Assembly: GCA_038087875.1 (NCBI GenBank)
Contig: CM075989.1
Coordinates: forward strand, 21,950,001-22,014,000
Length of the DNA stretch: 64,000 nucleotides
From: Malacoraja senta
Lineage: Eukaryota
Direction of reading: 5' to 3'
Positions 1 to 10,604 of this stretch are shown one piece after another. Position numbers and translations under genes: made by a program. The notes under the pieces were generated by a model. The model saw only the letters and a list, made by a program, of their open reading frames with translations, was not told the DNA's origin and ran no database searches. Position 1 is the stretch's first letter. Each line of letters starts with the position of its first letter.

Positions 1-380
1 TCACCCGTCCCGACGTAGTGCAGCCCATGGAGTGCAGCAGCAGCAGCAGCAGCGCCTCGCCCGTAGCCCCGTCGGTCGGCAGCTCGGCCAGCTGTCCGAC
101 CTTCGGACCTTCGCTTACCGCCCACACCACCACCCCTCCTTCTTACGGCCGATCATCGGTTCATGAGTTGGATGGGGGTGCCGGACTTTGCGCGCGACGT
201 CTTGTGAGCCAACACTCCTCAGCTGGCCCGCCGGCTGGGCTTTGTGTGCAGTCCAGCACCCGGGCCAACTCATCATTCACCCAGCCACGGCCGAGTCGGT
301 CAACGAATTGCTGTCGGGGAATTTGTCCCGTATTTTGACCTATTGTCCCTTCTTTGTGAGTGAGAAAGTTGGCAACCCTA
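1..380. mobile_element. End of a GC-rich non-autonomous hAT-like DNA transposon (other end outside the window)
   Basis: Ends in GTTGGCAACCCTA (reverse complement TAGGGTTGCCAAC, a hAT-type terminus) with subterminal GGGACA repeats. GC/CpG-rich interior stops abruptly at 380. Confidence 0.6.
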
Positions 381-894
381 CTTAGATCATAGATATGATC
401 TATATCACTCTGGTTGCCTGGCAAGGTGAAGATTAAGATACTGGACAGCAGCCTTACAAAGAAGCTGAAAGCAGCGAGTTTTTGCTCTCGAATAGTGAAA
501 AATGAATACCACCTTTAACTCATTGGGACAGAGAGCACTGCAGGAAATGTCATGAAGTGGTGATCTCATTAGCTGGCTTCATCCTGCTTTCTGAATGTAA
601 ACAAAGTTTCTGCCAGAGAGGTAACCTTGAGTTCTTTATCACAAAGTAGGGCAAGCTCTTTGCAACAAGGCGCCGTTCATATCGGCTGCTAAACCCACCA
701 GTGATACCAAAATCAGTCTTACTTAGAGGCTTCAGCAAATTATATATAAAATTAACCTCGGGCTGCTTAATAGCCTGTGTGATTGTTTAGTGTTCAGCTC
801 TTACACGACAGTTGTGTGTTCAACACACACGTGAAACATGATTAAATCACCAAGGATTGCTTCATCAACAAGGTTCAGTATTACTAACAACATT

Positions 895-1204
895 GGGCGG
901 CACGGTGACGCAGCGGTAGAGATGCTGCCTTGCAGCGCCAGAGACCCGGGATCGATGCTGACCACGGGTGCTGTCTGTACGGAATTTGCACGTTCCCCCC
1001 GTGACCTGCGTGGGTTTTCTCCGGGTGCTCCGGTTTCCTCCCACGCTCCAAAGACGTGCAGGCTTGTAGGTTAATTGGCTTGGTACAAAGGAAACTTGTC
1101 CCGCGTGTGTGTAAGATAGTGTTTGTGTTCGGGAACCGCAAGTTGGCGCGGACTCGGTGGGCCAAAGGGCCCGCTTCCGCGCTATATCTCTAAACTAAAC
1201 TAAA
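895..1204 (+). mobile_element. HE1-like tRNA-derived V-SINE, full length
   Basis: tRNA head (GGTGACGCAGCGGTAGAG...GGGATCGATGCT), V-domain GGGTTTTCTCCGGGTGCTCCGGTTTCCTCCCAC, CR1-like tail and (CTAAA)n end. Confidence 0.9.
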
Positions 1205-1315
1205 TCAGCTGGTAGAATTTGCTTTTTTTTTGCATTTGGTGCTCTAAAAATCATCTCTCTTTCATTAGTATGGATGCAACATCAAACATAGGGTTTCTGG
1301 AGTTCAGAAATAGAA

Positions 1316-1722
1316 ATGGTCCTCACCTACAAAGCCCTCAACAACCTGGCCCCCCCTTATCTCATTGACCTCCTCTCCCCCTACCAACCCTCACGGTCCC
1401 TCAGATCCACATCAGCTGGTCTCCTCTCCACTCCTAAATCAAACCTCTGCACTTTTGGAGGCAGAGCCTTCTCCAGGGCAGCTCCCAGGCTCTGGAATTC
1501 CCTCCCACAACCGGTCCGAAATTCTGAGTCCCTCACCATCTTCCAGTCCCGCCTCAAGACCCATCTCTTCACCTCTGCATACCCTTAGTCCCATGTTCCC
1601 CTCCCCTCTGTCTTACTGCTCTATTTTGTTTTGTTTATTCCTGACTCTCAATTGTAAAGCGACTTTGAGTCCTGAAAAGCGCTATATAAATAAAATCTAT
1701 TATTATTATTATTATTATTAAT
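1316..1722 (+). mobile_element. L2-clade LINE 3' fragment
   Basis: ORF2 C-terminus LTYKALNNLAPPYL...RAFSRAAPRLWNSLP...LKTHLF, L2-type 3' UTR (GTAAAGCGACTTTGAG...AAAAGCGCTATATAAAT) and (TAT)n tail. Confidence 0.9.
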
Positions 1723-1889
1723 AAATAAGTGAAAAAAGTGAAAAGTAGAAAAAATTCAGGTGGACATCTTAGATCACATTTGTCACCACATCCAGGTGTG
1801 CCATCTCTCCCAGAATGCATTGCTCAAAGAACAAATCACATCACCTGGTGGTGCTAGTTTAATTCCAGCATAATGAGCTGCACAATTTG

Positions 1890-2089
1890 NNNNNNNNNNN
1901 NNNNNNNNNNNNNNNNNNNNNNNNNNNNNNNNNNNNNNNNNNNNNNNNNNNNNNNNNNNNNNNNNNNNNNNNNNNNNNNNNNNNNNNNNNNNNNNNNNNN
2001 NNNNNNNNNNNNNNNNNNNNNNNNNNNNNNNNNNNNNNNNNNNNNNNNNNNNNNNNNNNNNNNNNNNNNNNNNNNNNNNNNNNNNNNNN
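1890..2089. other. Assembly gap (200 N)
   Basis: Run of exactly 200 N. Confidence 0.99.
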
Positions 2090-2607
2090 CTCTATGATTC
2101 TATGGGTGATAAGGGAATAAAGTTTAGTGCAAGGTAAAGCCAGCAAATCCGAGCAAGGTTAGTCTGAGGGTTGGTCAGAGTGTTATAAATGTGGAACATT
2201 ATTGCTGTGAACAGAATTGTCTTTTGTTCAGGGGTTTTATGTTGTGAAAACCACTGCTCAGTGACAGTGTGGGTTACAGACAACATGTAGATAATCCCTG
2301 GCCACAACACCAGGAAATTATGCTCAAATTACACCATAAATGGAATTGATCCCAGACACCACTGTCTCCATTGGCAGAGGAAGGAGCGATTGCAACAGTT
2401 AACATCGATCAAATAATATTAGTCATTCTGGGTTAATATTTGATCCCCCCCATTGTAGCAAAACTGAACGTTAGGAAATAAGAATAATATTCCTGTGTTC
2501 CCTGATATAATTAAATTAATGTTATCTAAAAGGACCTGGCCAGTTAGGCTAAGGATGACAGATGGGTACAATCAGTTCAAGTAAGGTAATGCAAATTTGG
2601 TACCAGA

Positions 2608-3223
2608 GCCGCACGGGCCCGATCCACCCGCCCAACAACCACACCACCGACGACCGGAACGTGCCCGGTAGGCCCGACTCACCTCATAGGCCTCCCAGGG
2701 GACTGTGAAGAAGCATGGCAGCGAGGCCTGTCCGGTTGCCGAAGGAGCCTCAGCGGCGGCAGCGTGGGCCTAGGACGTAGGCGGGGGTGGAGCCTCGGCG
2801 GCAACGTGAGCCTCGGCAGCAGCGTGAGCCTCGGCGGAAGCAGGAGTCTCAGTGGCGGTGGGGCCTCCTGATCGACCCGCGATCGACAGTTGATGAGCGT
2901 GAGGGGGAAGGGGAAGACAATGGGGACCCGGCGTGGGGGGACCGCCATGAGGGACGGGGGGAGAACAAAGGGGGAGCCAGTGTGGGAGAAGGAGGGGGGG
3001 GGGGCACTCTAGTTTAGAATCCTCTACCCAGGGGATAAGCCTGCATGCGTTTGTTTGTTTGTTCCATTGCACACGGCAGCCAACAGTCGCTTGTCTTTTC
3101 TTTTGTTTCTCACTTTTAATTCAACTTTAATTTGAAGTTTTCGTGTACATTGTTGTTTGTTGTGACTGTTGGCGGATCAATTTCCCTCCAGGGGTGAATA
3201 AGGTTTAATCGCATCGTATCGTA
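2608..3223 (+). mobile_element. GC-rich non-coding retroposon with Rex1-type 3' tail
   Basis: Tail TGACTGTTGGCGGATCAATTTCCCTCCAGGGGTGAATAAGG...(ATCGT)n matches the 3' end of the Rex1 LINE at 42678-42985 (minus). Body is shared with 20890-21220 and 30342-30656. Confidence 0.7.
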
Positions 3224-3309
3224 GAAGGCATTACCCACATAAAGCAAAGAGTAGGAATTTATATTCTTGCAGGCTGTTGGATTTAGCAATTACAGTGAAT
3301 TGCACAGTA

Positions 3310-3500
3310 GTACCAAGTACCTGCAGATGCTAGTGGACAGAGGTAAGGCCACTCTGGAGTAGTTCAACGGGTCAGGCAAGGATATGTGGCGTTTTGGGTC
3401 GGTACATCGGAAGAAGGGTCCCGACCTGAAACATCGCCTATCCATGTTCTCCAAGGATGCTGCCTGACCTGCTGAGTTACTCCAGCATTTTGTGTGTTTC
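3310..3500. mobile_element. Degenerate fold-back Penelope terminus (hammerhead-bearing)
   Basis: Inverted then direct copy of the PLE terminal repeat (GAAGAAGGGTCCCGACCTGAAACATC...GAGTTACTCCAGC). Confidence 0.7.
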
Positions 3501-3884
3501 CAAGATTGAATTACAGCCATCTTGGGTTCATCCCATGGTTGAGTTGAAAGTCATATGGTCATTAGATCATCAAATTGACCTGGTCCAACTTTGACATTAT
3601 GGGAATGTGGAACTGTTACCAGTGAGGTACATGAGGAAAGAGACATCCTAGATAAGTCTGGCACTAACAAAAGCAGCATCAGAGAAGTGCTGAGATGTGA
3701 TTACAATGTTCAAAAGTTAGACAGTGAAGCATTTTGAAGCTTTTCAGACATTCATTTGGCTCAGGATATCTCTGAAAATAATGTCAATGAGTTTTCAAAG
3801 TTGCAATTGACACAATACCCAAACCAAGTAAAAGAAAGTTCCATGTTGCTACTACCTTTTTGTGGAAAATCCACATTCCAGAAC

Positions 3885-4212
3885 TCATAGAGTGATGCAA
3901 CTTGGAAACAGGCCCTTCAGCCCAACTTGCCCACACTGGCCCAACATGTCCCAGCTACACTAGTCCCACCTGCCCGTGTTTGGTCCATATCCCTCCAAAC
4001 CTGTCCTATCCATGTACCTGTCTAACTGTTTCTTAAACATTGGGATAGTCCCTGTCTCAATTAACTCCTCTAGTAGCTTGTCCATACCCACACCACCCTT
4101 TGTTTTAAAAAGTTACCCCTCAGATTCCCTTTAAATCTTTTCACCTTAAACCTATGTCCTCTGGTCCTCGATTCGTGTACTCTGGACAAGAGACTCTGTG
4201 CATCTACCCGAA
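3885..4212 (-). mobile_element. CR1 (HER1-like) LINE 3' fragment
   Basis: Reverse complement of CR1 ORF2 end plus the GGGCTGAAGGGCCTGTTTCC tail shared with the SINE. Confidence 0.85.
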
Positions 4213-4312
4213 CTGTATGAATATTTTTATCATATTCAAAAAAATGCGAAAAGATTCCTTCAATATTTTGGATGTATCATGTATCTCCCTAATAAGAAGA
4301 GCTCATCAGCTA

Positions 4313-4637
4313 GGGCTGGACGGTGGTGCAGTGGTAGAGTTGCTGCCTTACAGCACTAGAGACCCTCGTTCAATCCTGACTAGACGTGCTGTCTGAACAA
4401 AGTCTGTACGTTCTCCCCGTGACCTGGGATGGTTTTCTCCCAGTGCTCCGGTTTTTTTCTCCCACACTCCAAAGTCATACTGGTTTGTAGGTTAATTGGC
4501 TTTGTTCAAAAAAATTGTAAGTTGTCCCTCGTGTGTTGGACAGTTCTAAGGTGGGGAGGTCGCTGGTCAGTGCAGACTCGGTGGGCTGAAGGGCCTGTTT
4601 CTGCGTTGTATCTCTAAACTAAACTAAAACTAAACTA
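4313..4637 (+). mobile_element. HE1-like V-SINE
   Basis: tRNA head, V-domain, (CTAAA)n tail. Confidence 0.9.
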
Positions 4638-5604
4638 TGCTGCGAGCCACATTCTATTTTATGCTTTTGGTGGTTGCCTGAGCAGAGGAGGACTTGGCTT
4701 TAGTTTATAAAATAGTATTTTGGAATAATTGTGAATAGAATTTTTTCTCTCTTCTGGAGCCATTATGTGCCGTCGGTTATTCTGTGTATCATGATTCACC
4801 ACACATCTGGAATTAAGGCAATTTGATCAGCGTTGCTGGTGAAGTGCCAATTTAGGTGATTGAGATGTGTGGAAACAAGTCACATTTAGCTACTTTTCTG
4901 CTCTTCGTGTTATTAAATTCATGTTTCACAAATTACATACAAGAAAAATGTCTGCCAGCTGTTTTGGATTGTCATCATTGCAATATTAAAATAATAACGC
5001 ATAAGAGGTAAAATGTCCTAAAGTCTTTAATAATTCTATTAAAACTAAACGGGAGCAAAGCAGTAGCAGAAAATGAAAGAAATACTGGTGGTTTCAAAAT
5101 TGAAAAGACAAACGGATGACAATCGGCTTGCAACTATGCAATCAGCCATCAATTATATAAAGTATAGATTGGTATAAACCAGCATCTCAAGTTCCTTGTT
5201 ACTACTAATAATTGTGTCAAGTTGGCTTGAAAATGGAAGACAAGAACACAGGTGTCAGGGGTTACGGGGAGAAGGCAGGAGAATTGAGTTAGGAGGGAGA
5301 GATAGATCAGCCATGATTGAATGGGCCGAATGGCCTAATTCTGCTCCTGGATCGTATGATCTTATGAAAATCCACGCAGTCACGGGGTGAATGTACGAAC
5401 TCCGTGCAGGAGGCACCCGTGACCAGGAGGTGGTTTTCACTGACGGACTTTTTACTTCTGCAAGGATCCGTGCTCTTTGTAAAATGTGTGTGGCTTGAAT
5501 GAAAATGCGAGTGGTCTGATTCATTAGTTCGTAGACAACATAGACATTGATAGAGTTCTGATTGGTGAAGAAGCTTGTCAAAGGATACAAAAGGATACCA
5601 CAAA

Positions 5605-5830
5605 GGTGGCACGGTGGAGCAGCAGTAGAGTTGCTGCCTCACGGCTCCAGAGACCCGGGTCCGATCCTGACTACGGGTGCTGTCTGTACGGAGTTTGCAC
5701 GTTCGCCCCGTGACCACATGGGCTTTCCCCGGGTGCTCCGGCTTCCTCCCACACTACAAAGACGTTCAGGTTTGTAGGCAAGTTGGCTTCGATAAAGATT
5801 GTAAATTGTACCTAGTGTGTAGAATGGTGT
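5605..5830 (+). mobile_element. HE1-like V-SINE, 3' truncated and fused to CR1
   Basis: Head and V-domain present, then continues directly into CR1 sequence. Confidence 0.85.
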
Positions 5831-5834
5831 CGGT

Positions 5835-6190
5835 AATCTTACAGCGGAGTGTAAAACCATGAGGGGTATGGGGATGAATACACAGAGTCTCTTACCTCGA
5901 AGGTAGGGGAATTAAAAACCAGAGGACATAGGTTTAAGGTGAGATGGGAAAAATTTATTATGAACCTGAAGGGCATCCTTTTCACACAGTGTATGGTGGA
6001 TATATGGAACGAGCTGCCACAGGAGGTAGTTGAAGCAGGTGATATAACAACATTTGGACAGTTACATGGATAGAAAAGGTTATGAGTGATATGAGCCAAA
6101 CACAGGCAGATGGGCCTACCGTAGATGGGGCATCTTGGTCGACATGGAACAAGTTGGGCTGAAGGGCCTGTTTCCATGATATATGACTCA
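5835..6190 (+). mobile_element. CR1 (HER1-like) LINE 3' fragment
   Basis: Degenerate ORF2 end (RGHRFKVR...WNELPQEVVEAG) and HER1-type tail. Confidence 0.85.
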
Positions 6191-7099
6191 ATAGACAATA
6201 GGTGAGGGAGTAGGCCATTCGGCCATTGGAGCCAGCACCGCCCTTCAATGTGATCATGGCTGATCATCCCCAATCGATGACTATGCACTGTGTAAAACGT
6301 CCAAAACTGGAGCAAGAGTGTTAACCTACAAAGCTCAGTTGCGCCTGGAACAAGAGCTGAGATCAGCCAGTTCTTGCTAAATGAGGCCAGTCACTGTCTG
6401 GGGACTCTCCAATTGTAACTGTTTGTCTCCAGGCTTACCGACTGTCAAATGTATCAAAAACTTATGAGTGTCTCTAACATAAGCAAACATTCAAAGATGA
6501 TTAGTATGACTCTATGCCCCCGCTCTGGTCCCATGCAACTTTGGTTGGAAAACAGCAGAGGTCAACTTTACTCCGAACGCAGTTATGACAAACAGGCGGA
6601 AAAGGTTCCAGGGAAATTCCCGGCTGCGGGGTTGTGTTTTGGCAAGTCAGGAGCCTAGCTGCCCGAAGATAAAAGTTCAGAGCAAGTCATGTTTGCAGTG
6701 ATCCTTTTAATCTTTAATGTTTGCATCCATTGCAAACAGCGGCAAGCGATTAAGGAAGAACCTTGAACATCATTTTAAAGAAAAATGCAGGTTCAGTGAT
6801 TACACATGACAGCTTTCTTCTATGAGTGGTTTACTCTGTAGATAGGTTTAATTTCAACCAATTGATGTCAGTGTTATCGGCACCCTTAGGAGGAAAGAAC
6901 ATTTAAACTGTTCATGGAATTGTGGACCTATTTGTAAAATAAAGGTCATATTGTATGGCTGAAATGTGGGGAAAGATTTGACTCAGTTGGATAAATCCTG
7001 ATTGTTTATTATGGGGAAGAGCATTGAACTGGACCCTAACCTTTGTGACATTAAATGGATCAATTAAGTTTTTTTGTGTTAGCCTGAAAATAAATAGTC

Positions 7100-7445
7100 A
7101 CTTTTTTTAGCCAGAGGGTGGTGAATCTGTGGAATTCATTGCCACAGACGGCTGTGGAGGCTAAGTCAATGTAGAAGGGTCTCGACCCGAAAACGTCACC
7201 TATTCCTTTACTCCAGAGTTGCTGTCTGACTTGCTGAGTTACTCCAGCTTTTTGCGTTTATCTCCAAGTCAGTAGATATTTTTAAGGTGGAGGTTGACAG
7301 ATTCTTGATTAGTAAGGGTGTCAAGGGTTATGGGGAGAAGGCAGGAGAATGGGGTTGAGAGGGAAAGATAGATCAGCCATGATTGAATGGTGGAGTAGAC
7401 TTGATGGGCTGAATGGCCTAATTCTGCTCCTAGAACCTATGAACC
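7100..7445 (+). mobile_element. CR1 3' fragment interrupted by a hammerhead/PLE terminus at about 7174-7263
   Basis: QRVVNLWNSLPQ-coding motif and GAATGGCCTAATTCTGCTCC tail. Inserted AGGGTCTCGACCCGAAAACGTCACC... segment is flanked by a degenerate AAGTCA(AT)GTAGA duplication. Confidence 0.85.
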
Positions 7446-7569
7446 TTTCCTGCCGAGCAATTCTTTTTTGAAGTTACAATGGATGGGGAGTGGAATGTGG
7501 AACTTGTCTTAAATTCTTCAATGCATAACTTGACCCTAATGCAGGCAAATGGTAGAATATACAACATTT

Positions 7570-7878
7570 GGGGCAGCACAGTGGCTCAGCTGGTAGAGTG
7601 CGACCTGCATCTGATCCTGACCTCGGGTGCCGTCTGTGTGGAGTTTACACGTTCTCCCTGTGACCACGTGGGTTTCCTCCAGGTGCTCCAGTTCCCTCCC
7701 ACATCCCAAAGACCCGCGGGTGTGGAGGTTAATTGTTCTCTGTCAATTGCCCCCATTGTGTGTGGAGTGGACGAGCAAGCGCAACAACACAGAATTAGTG
7801 TGAACGTGATCGGAGTGGATTCAGTGGTCTGAAGGGCCTGTTTCCATGCTGCGTCTTTCAATCAATCAATTCAATCAA
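7570..7878 (+). mobile_element. V-SINE, divergent subfamily with (TCAA)n tail
   Basis: tRNA head and V-domain. 3' body (GGAGTGGACGAG...AGAATTAGTGTGAAC) resembles the copies at 20586, 22160, 34280 and 63632. Confidence 0.8.
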
Positions 7879-8426
7879 TAGATCAATACAACACAGGAAC
7901 AGGCCCTTTAGCCCACAATGTCCAAAGCCAAGCAAGTTGCCAAGTTAAACAAATCTCCTCTGCCTGCACAAAATTAAAGAAAGTCAAATTTGGCAGGACA
8001 TTCTAAAGCACATTGAACCAATTAAGTAATTTGAGAACTTTCCCTGGCTATAGCAACTTGACATGGAGCAGATTGTCCTTGGATCTAATTGTGGCCATTT
8101 CTTTGGTGATCTGAAATTAATCTCCAAATAATGAATTGCTGTTGGTTTTCTGATTGCACTCTACAGTTGAACTTCGAGTGATGTATAAAAATAGTAGTCT
8201 TTTGACGTTATTTTAGAGCTACAGTAAGGAAAGGCTACTCGGCCCACTGGGTCCACGTTGACCAACGATCACCCCGTACATTAGTCCGTACCTACACACT
8301 AGCGACAATTTTACAGAAGCCAATTAACTGACAAATCTGTACGTCTTTGGATTGTGGGAGGAAACTGGAGAAAATCCACACAGGTCATGAGGAGAACGTA
8401 CAAACTCAACACAGATAGCGCCCGTG

Positions 8427-8648
8427 TTTAAGAAAGAACAGCAGATGCTGGAAAAATCTAAGGTAGACAAAAATGCCGGAGAAACTCAGCGGGTGAGGCA
8501 GCATCTATGGAGCGAAGGAAATAGGCGACGTTTCAGGTCGAGACCCTTCTTCAGACTAAAGAAGGGTCTCAAACCGAAACGTCGACTATTCCTTCACTCC
8601 AGAGATGCTGCCTCACCCGCTGAGTTTCTCCAGCATTTTTGTCTGCCG
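8427..8648. mobile_element. Palindromic (fold-back) Penelope-terminus insertion with hammerhead motifs
   Basis: Inverted arms centred on CTTCAGACTAAAG. 16-bp TSD ACAGATAGC(G/A)CCCGTG at 8411-8426 and 8649-8664. Confidence 0.9.
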
Positions 8649-8697
8649 ACAGATAGCACCCGTGGTCAGGATCTCACCCAGTTCTATGGCGCGGTAA

Positions 8698-8995
8698 AGG
8701 GCCTGTCCCACTTGGGCGTCATTTGCAGGTCATTTACACGACATCATTTAGGCATCACGACGCACGACGCGCGCATGGTGCTCATCACACGTGCATGGTG
8801 CGCATTACGCACGCATGGTGCATGGTGACGTAGGCAGTGACGCGCGACGTGCGCATGGTGCTCATCTCACGTGAATGGTGCGCATTACGCACGCATGGTG
8901 CGTGGTGACGTAGGCAGTGACGCGCCCCAGGATTTTGGGATTCTTCGAGCGCCACCTGCGTGACACGCAAATGACGCTGAAGTGGGACAGGCCCT
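8698..8995. mobile_element. PIF/Harbinger-type MITE
   Basis: TIR AGGGCCTGTCCCACTT...AAGTGGGACAGGCCCT, TAA target duplication, internal 80-bp tandem duplication. Confidence 0.9.
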
Positions 8996-9033
8996 TAAGG
9001 CAGCAACTCTGCCGCTGTGCCTCTGTGCTGCCC

Positions 9034-9310
9034 TATTACCTACAATCCCATCTACTTTAATTTTGTATAATGACCTGTTAAGTGGGACCTTATCAAAAGC
9101 CTTCTGAGAGTCCAAATTCACCACCGTGACTGGTTACTGACTCTGCACTATCTATTCCACTAGTTACATCCTCAACAAAAAAAACCTCCAATAGCTTTGT
9201 TAAGCTTGATATCCTTCTCATTAAATCAATGCTGACTTTGCCCAGTCCCATTAATGCTTTCCAAGTGTTCTGTTATTGCACATTTTGTTATAGGTTCCAG
9301 TGAATTTCCC
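9034..9310 (-). mobile_element. Old CR1 reverse-transcriptase fragment
   Basis: Minus-strand translation VVNLDSQKAFDKVPLNRSLYKIKVDGIVG matches the CR1 RT motif YLDFQKAFDKVPH. Confidence 0.85.
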
Positions 9311-9663
9311 ACAACTAATCAAGGTGAACAACTAATCGCACTTCTCCAGCTTTCCCAATCCTCTCACTGTTTCTGTGCCAGTTTAGACCTGACAATACAC
9401 AACAGGCCCATTCACTTCTGTGGCTGCAAGGGAGAAGGGTGTGGTATATCGTAATTTAATTGCAATTTTATTGGATTAATTTTAATATACCTATAATTTT
9501 TTACAATGCTGTATGTCTTCTTTTTTTAATTTAAAGGATTTAAGAAGTTTTTATTTGATTGATTACTTTTTAATCATCCTTGCATGTGTGTTTGCTTATA
9601 TGAGAGACACCCACAGATCATTGATATCTTTGACAGCTGGTAAGCCTGAGACAAACAGTAACA

Positions 9664-10234
9664 CCGAAGATAGACACAAAATGCTGGAGTAACTTGGCAC
9701 AGTGCAACGGTCGATCCTTACAGCGCCAAAGACCCGGGTTCGATTCTGACCACGGGTGCTGTCTGTATGGAGTTTGTACGTTCTCCCCGTGACCTGCACG
9801 GGTTTTCTCCGAGATCTTTGGTTTCCTCCCACACTCCAAAGGTTTGTAGGTTAATTGGCTTGGTAAAAAAGTAAATTGTCCCTAGTGTGTGTGTGTTGGA
9901 TAGAGTTAATGTAAGGGGATCGCTGGTCGTCAAGGACTCGGGGGGCTGAATGGCCTGTTTCTGTGCTGTATCTCTAAACTAAACTGAACTAAACTCAGCT
10001 GGACAGGCAGCATCACTGGAGAGAAGGAATGGGTGATGTTTCGGGTCGAGACCCTTCTTCAGATTGAGCTGGAGAGCAGGAGGAATCACAGAGGGGGAGC
10101 AGCAAGAGAGGGTGTTGCAGAACTCTCGTCGGAGAGAGGAAGAGAACTTCTTCAAAGTAGGCATACCTTGAGGAGATTTTGCGTTGGAGCAGACGGAATG
10201 TGTAGGAAGGAACTTCAGATGCTGGTTCCTTCCT
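9664..10234 (-). mobile_element. Circularly permuted Penelope-derived insertion with hammerhead motif, interrupted by a SINE
   Basis: 15-bp TSD AGACAAACAGTAACA at 9649-9663 and 10235-10249. Minus-strand order is distal tail, putative ORF start, hammerhead, proximal tail. Confidence 0.8.
9696..9995 (+). mobile_element. HE1-like V-SINE inserted in a PLE terminus
   Basis: Head, V-domain and tail. Flanks GGAGTAACT and AACTCAGC rejoin the PLE repeat. Confidence 0.9.
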
Positions 10235-10380
10235 AGACAAACAGTAACAATTGGAGAGGCCCTGGACAGCAACTGGCCCTTGCTTAGCAAGAACTGGCTT
10301 CTCTCAACTCTTGATAGACACAAAATGCTGGAGTAACTCAGAGGGACAGAGAGGCATATGCTGCCTGTCCCGCTGAGTAA

Positions 10381-10604
10381 AGGGCCTGTCCCACTTGACG
10401 ATTTTTTCGGTGACTGCCGGCGTCATATCAGTGTCGCCAAAAGATTTTGAACATTTCAAAATCCAGCGGCAACAAAGAAAATGTTGTGGCACTTGAAAAA
10501 TCACCGCTCGTCATACGTCACCACGCCGCGTCATTCCGGTGACCTGATATGTCAGTCAATGATGCCGGCAGTTGCCGAAACAATCGCCAAGTGGGACAGG
10601 CCCT
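10381..10604. mobile_element. PIF/Harbinger-type MITE (second internal type)
   Basis: Same 16-bp TIR as 8698-8995, extended to an imperfect inverted repeat of about 46 bp. TAA TSD. Inserted in a PLE terminus (about 10313-10665). Confidence 0.9.

Larger units (their letters stand above)
8212..9033 (-). mobile_element. HE1-like V-SINE carrying two nested insertions
   Basis: SINE pieces 8212-8426, 8649-8697 and 8996-9033 are collinear once the inserts are removed. Confidence 0.85.

Noticed and set aside
18..424. Overlapping ORFs or CpG-island promoter at the window start
   Set aside because: GC-rich interior of a TIR-bounded element, with no recognisable protein
895..965. Functional tRNA genes (many A/B-box heads)
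   Set aside because: Each continues into the V-domain and LINE-derived tail with no acceptor-stem closure or poly-T terminator, so they are SINE heads
1859..2146. ORFs spanning X runs
   Set aside because: Artefacts of the 200-N gap
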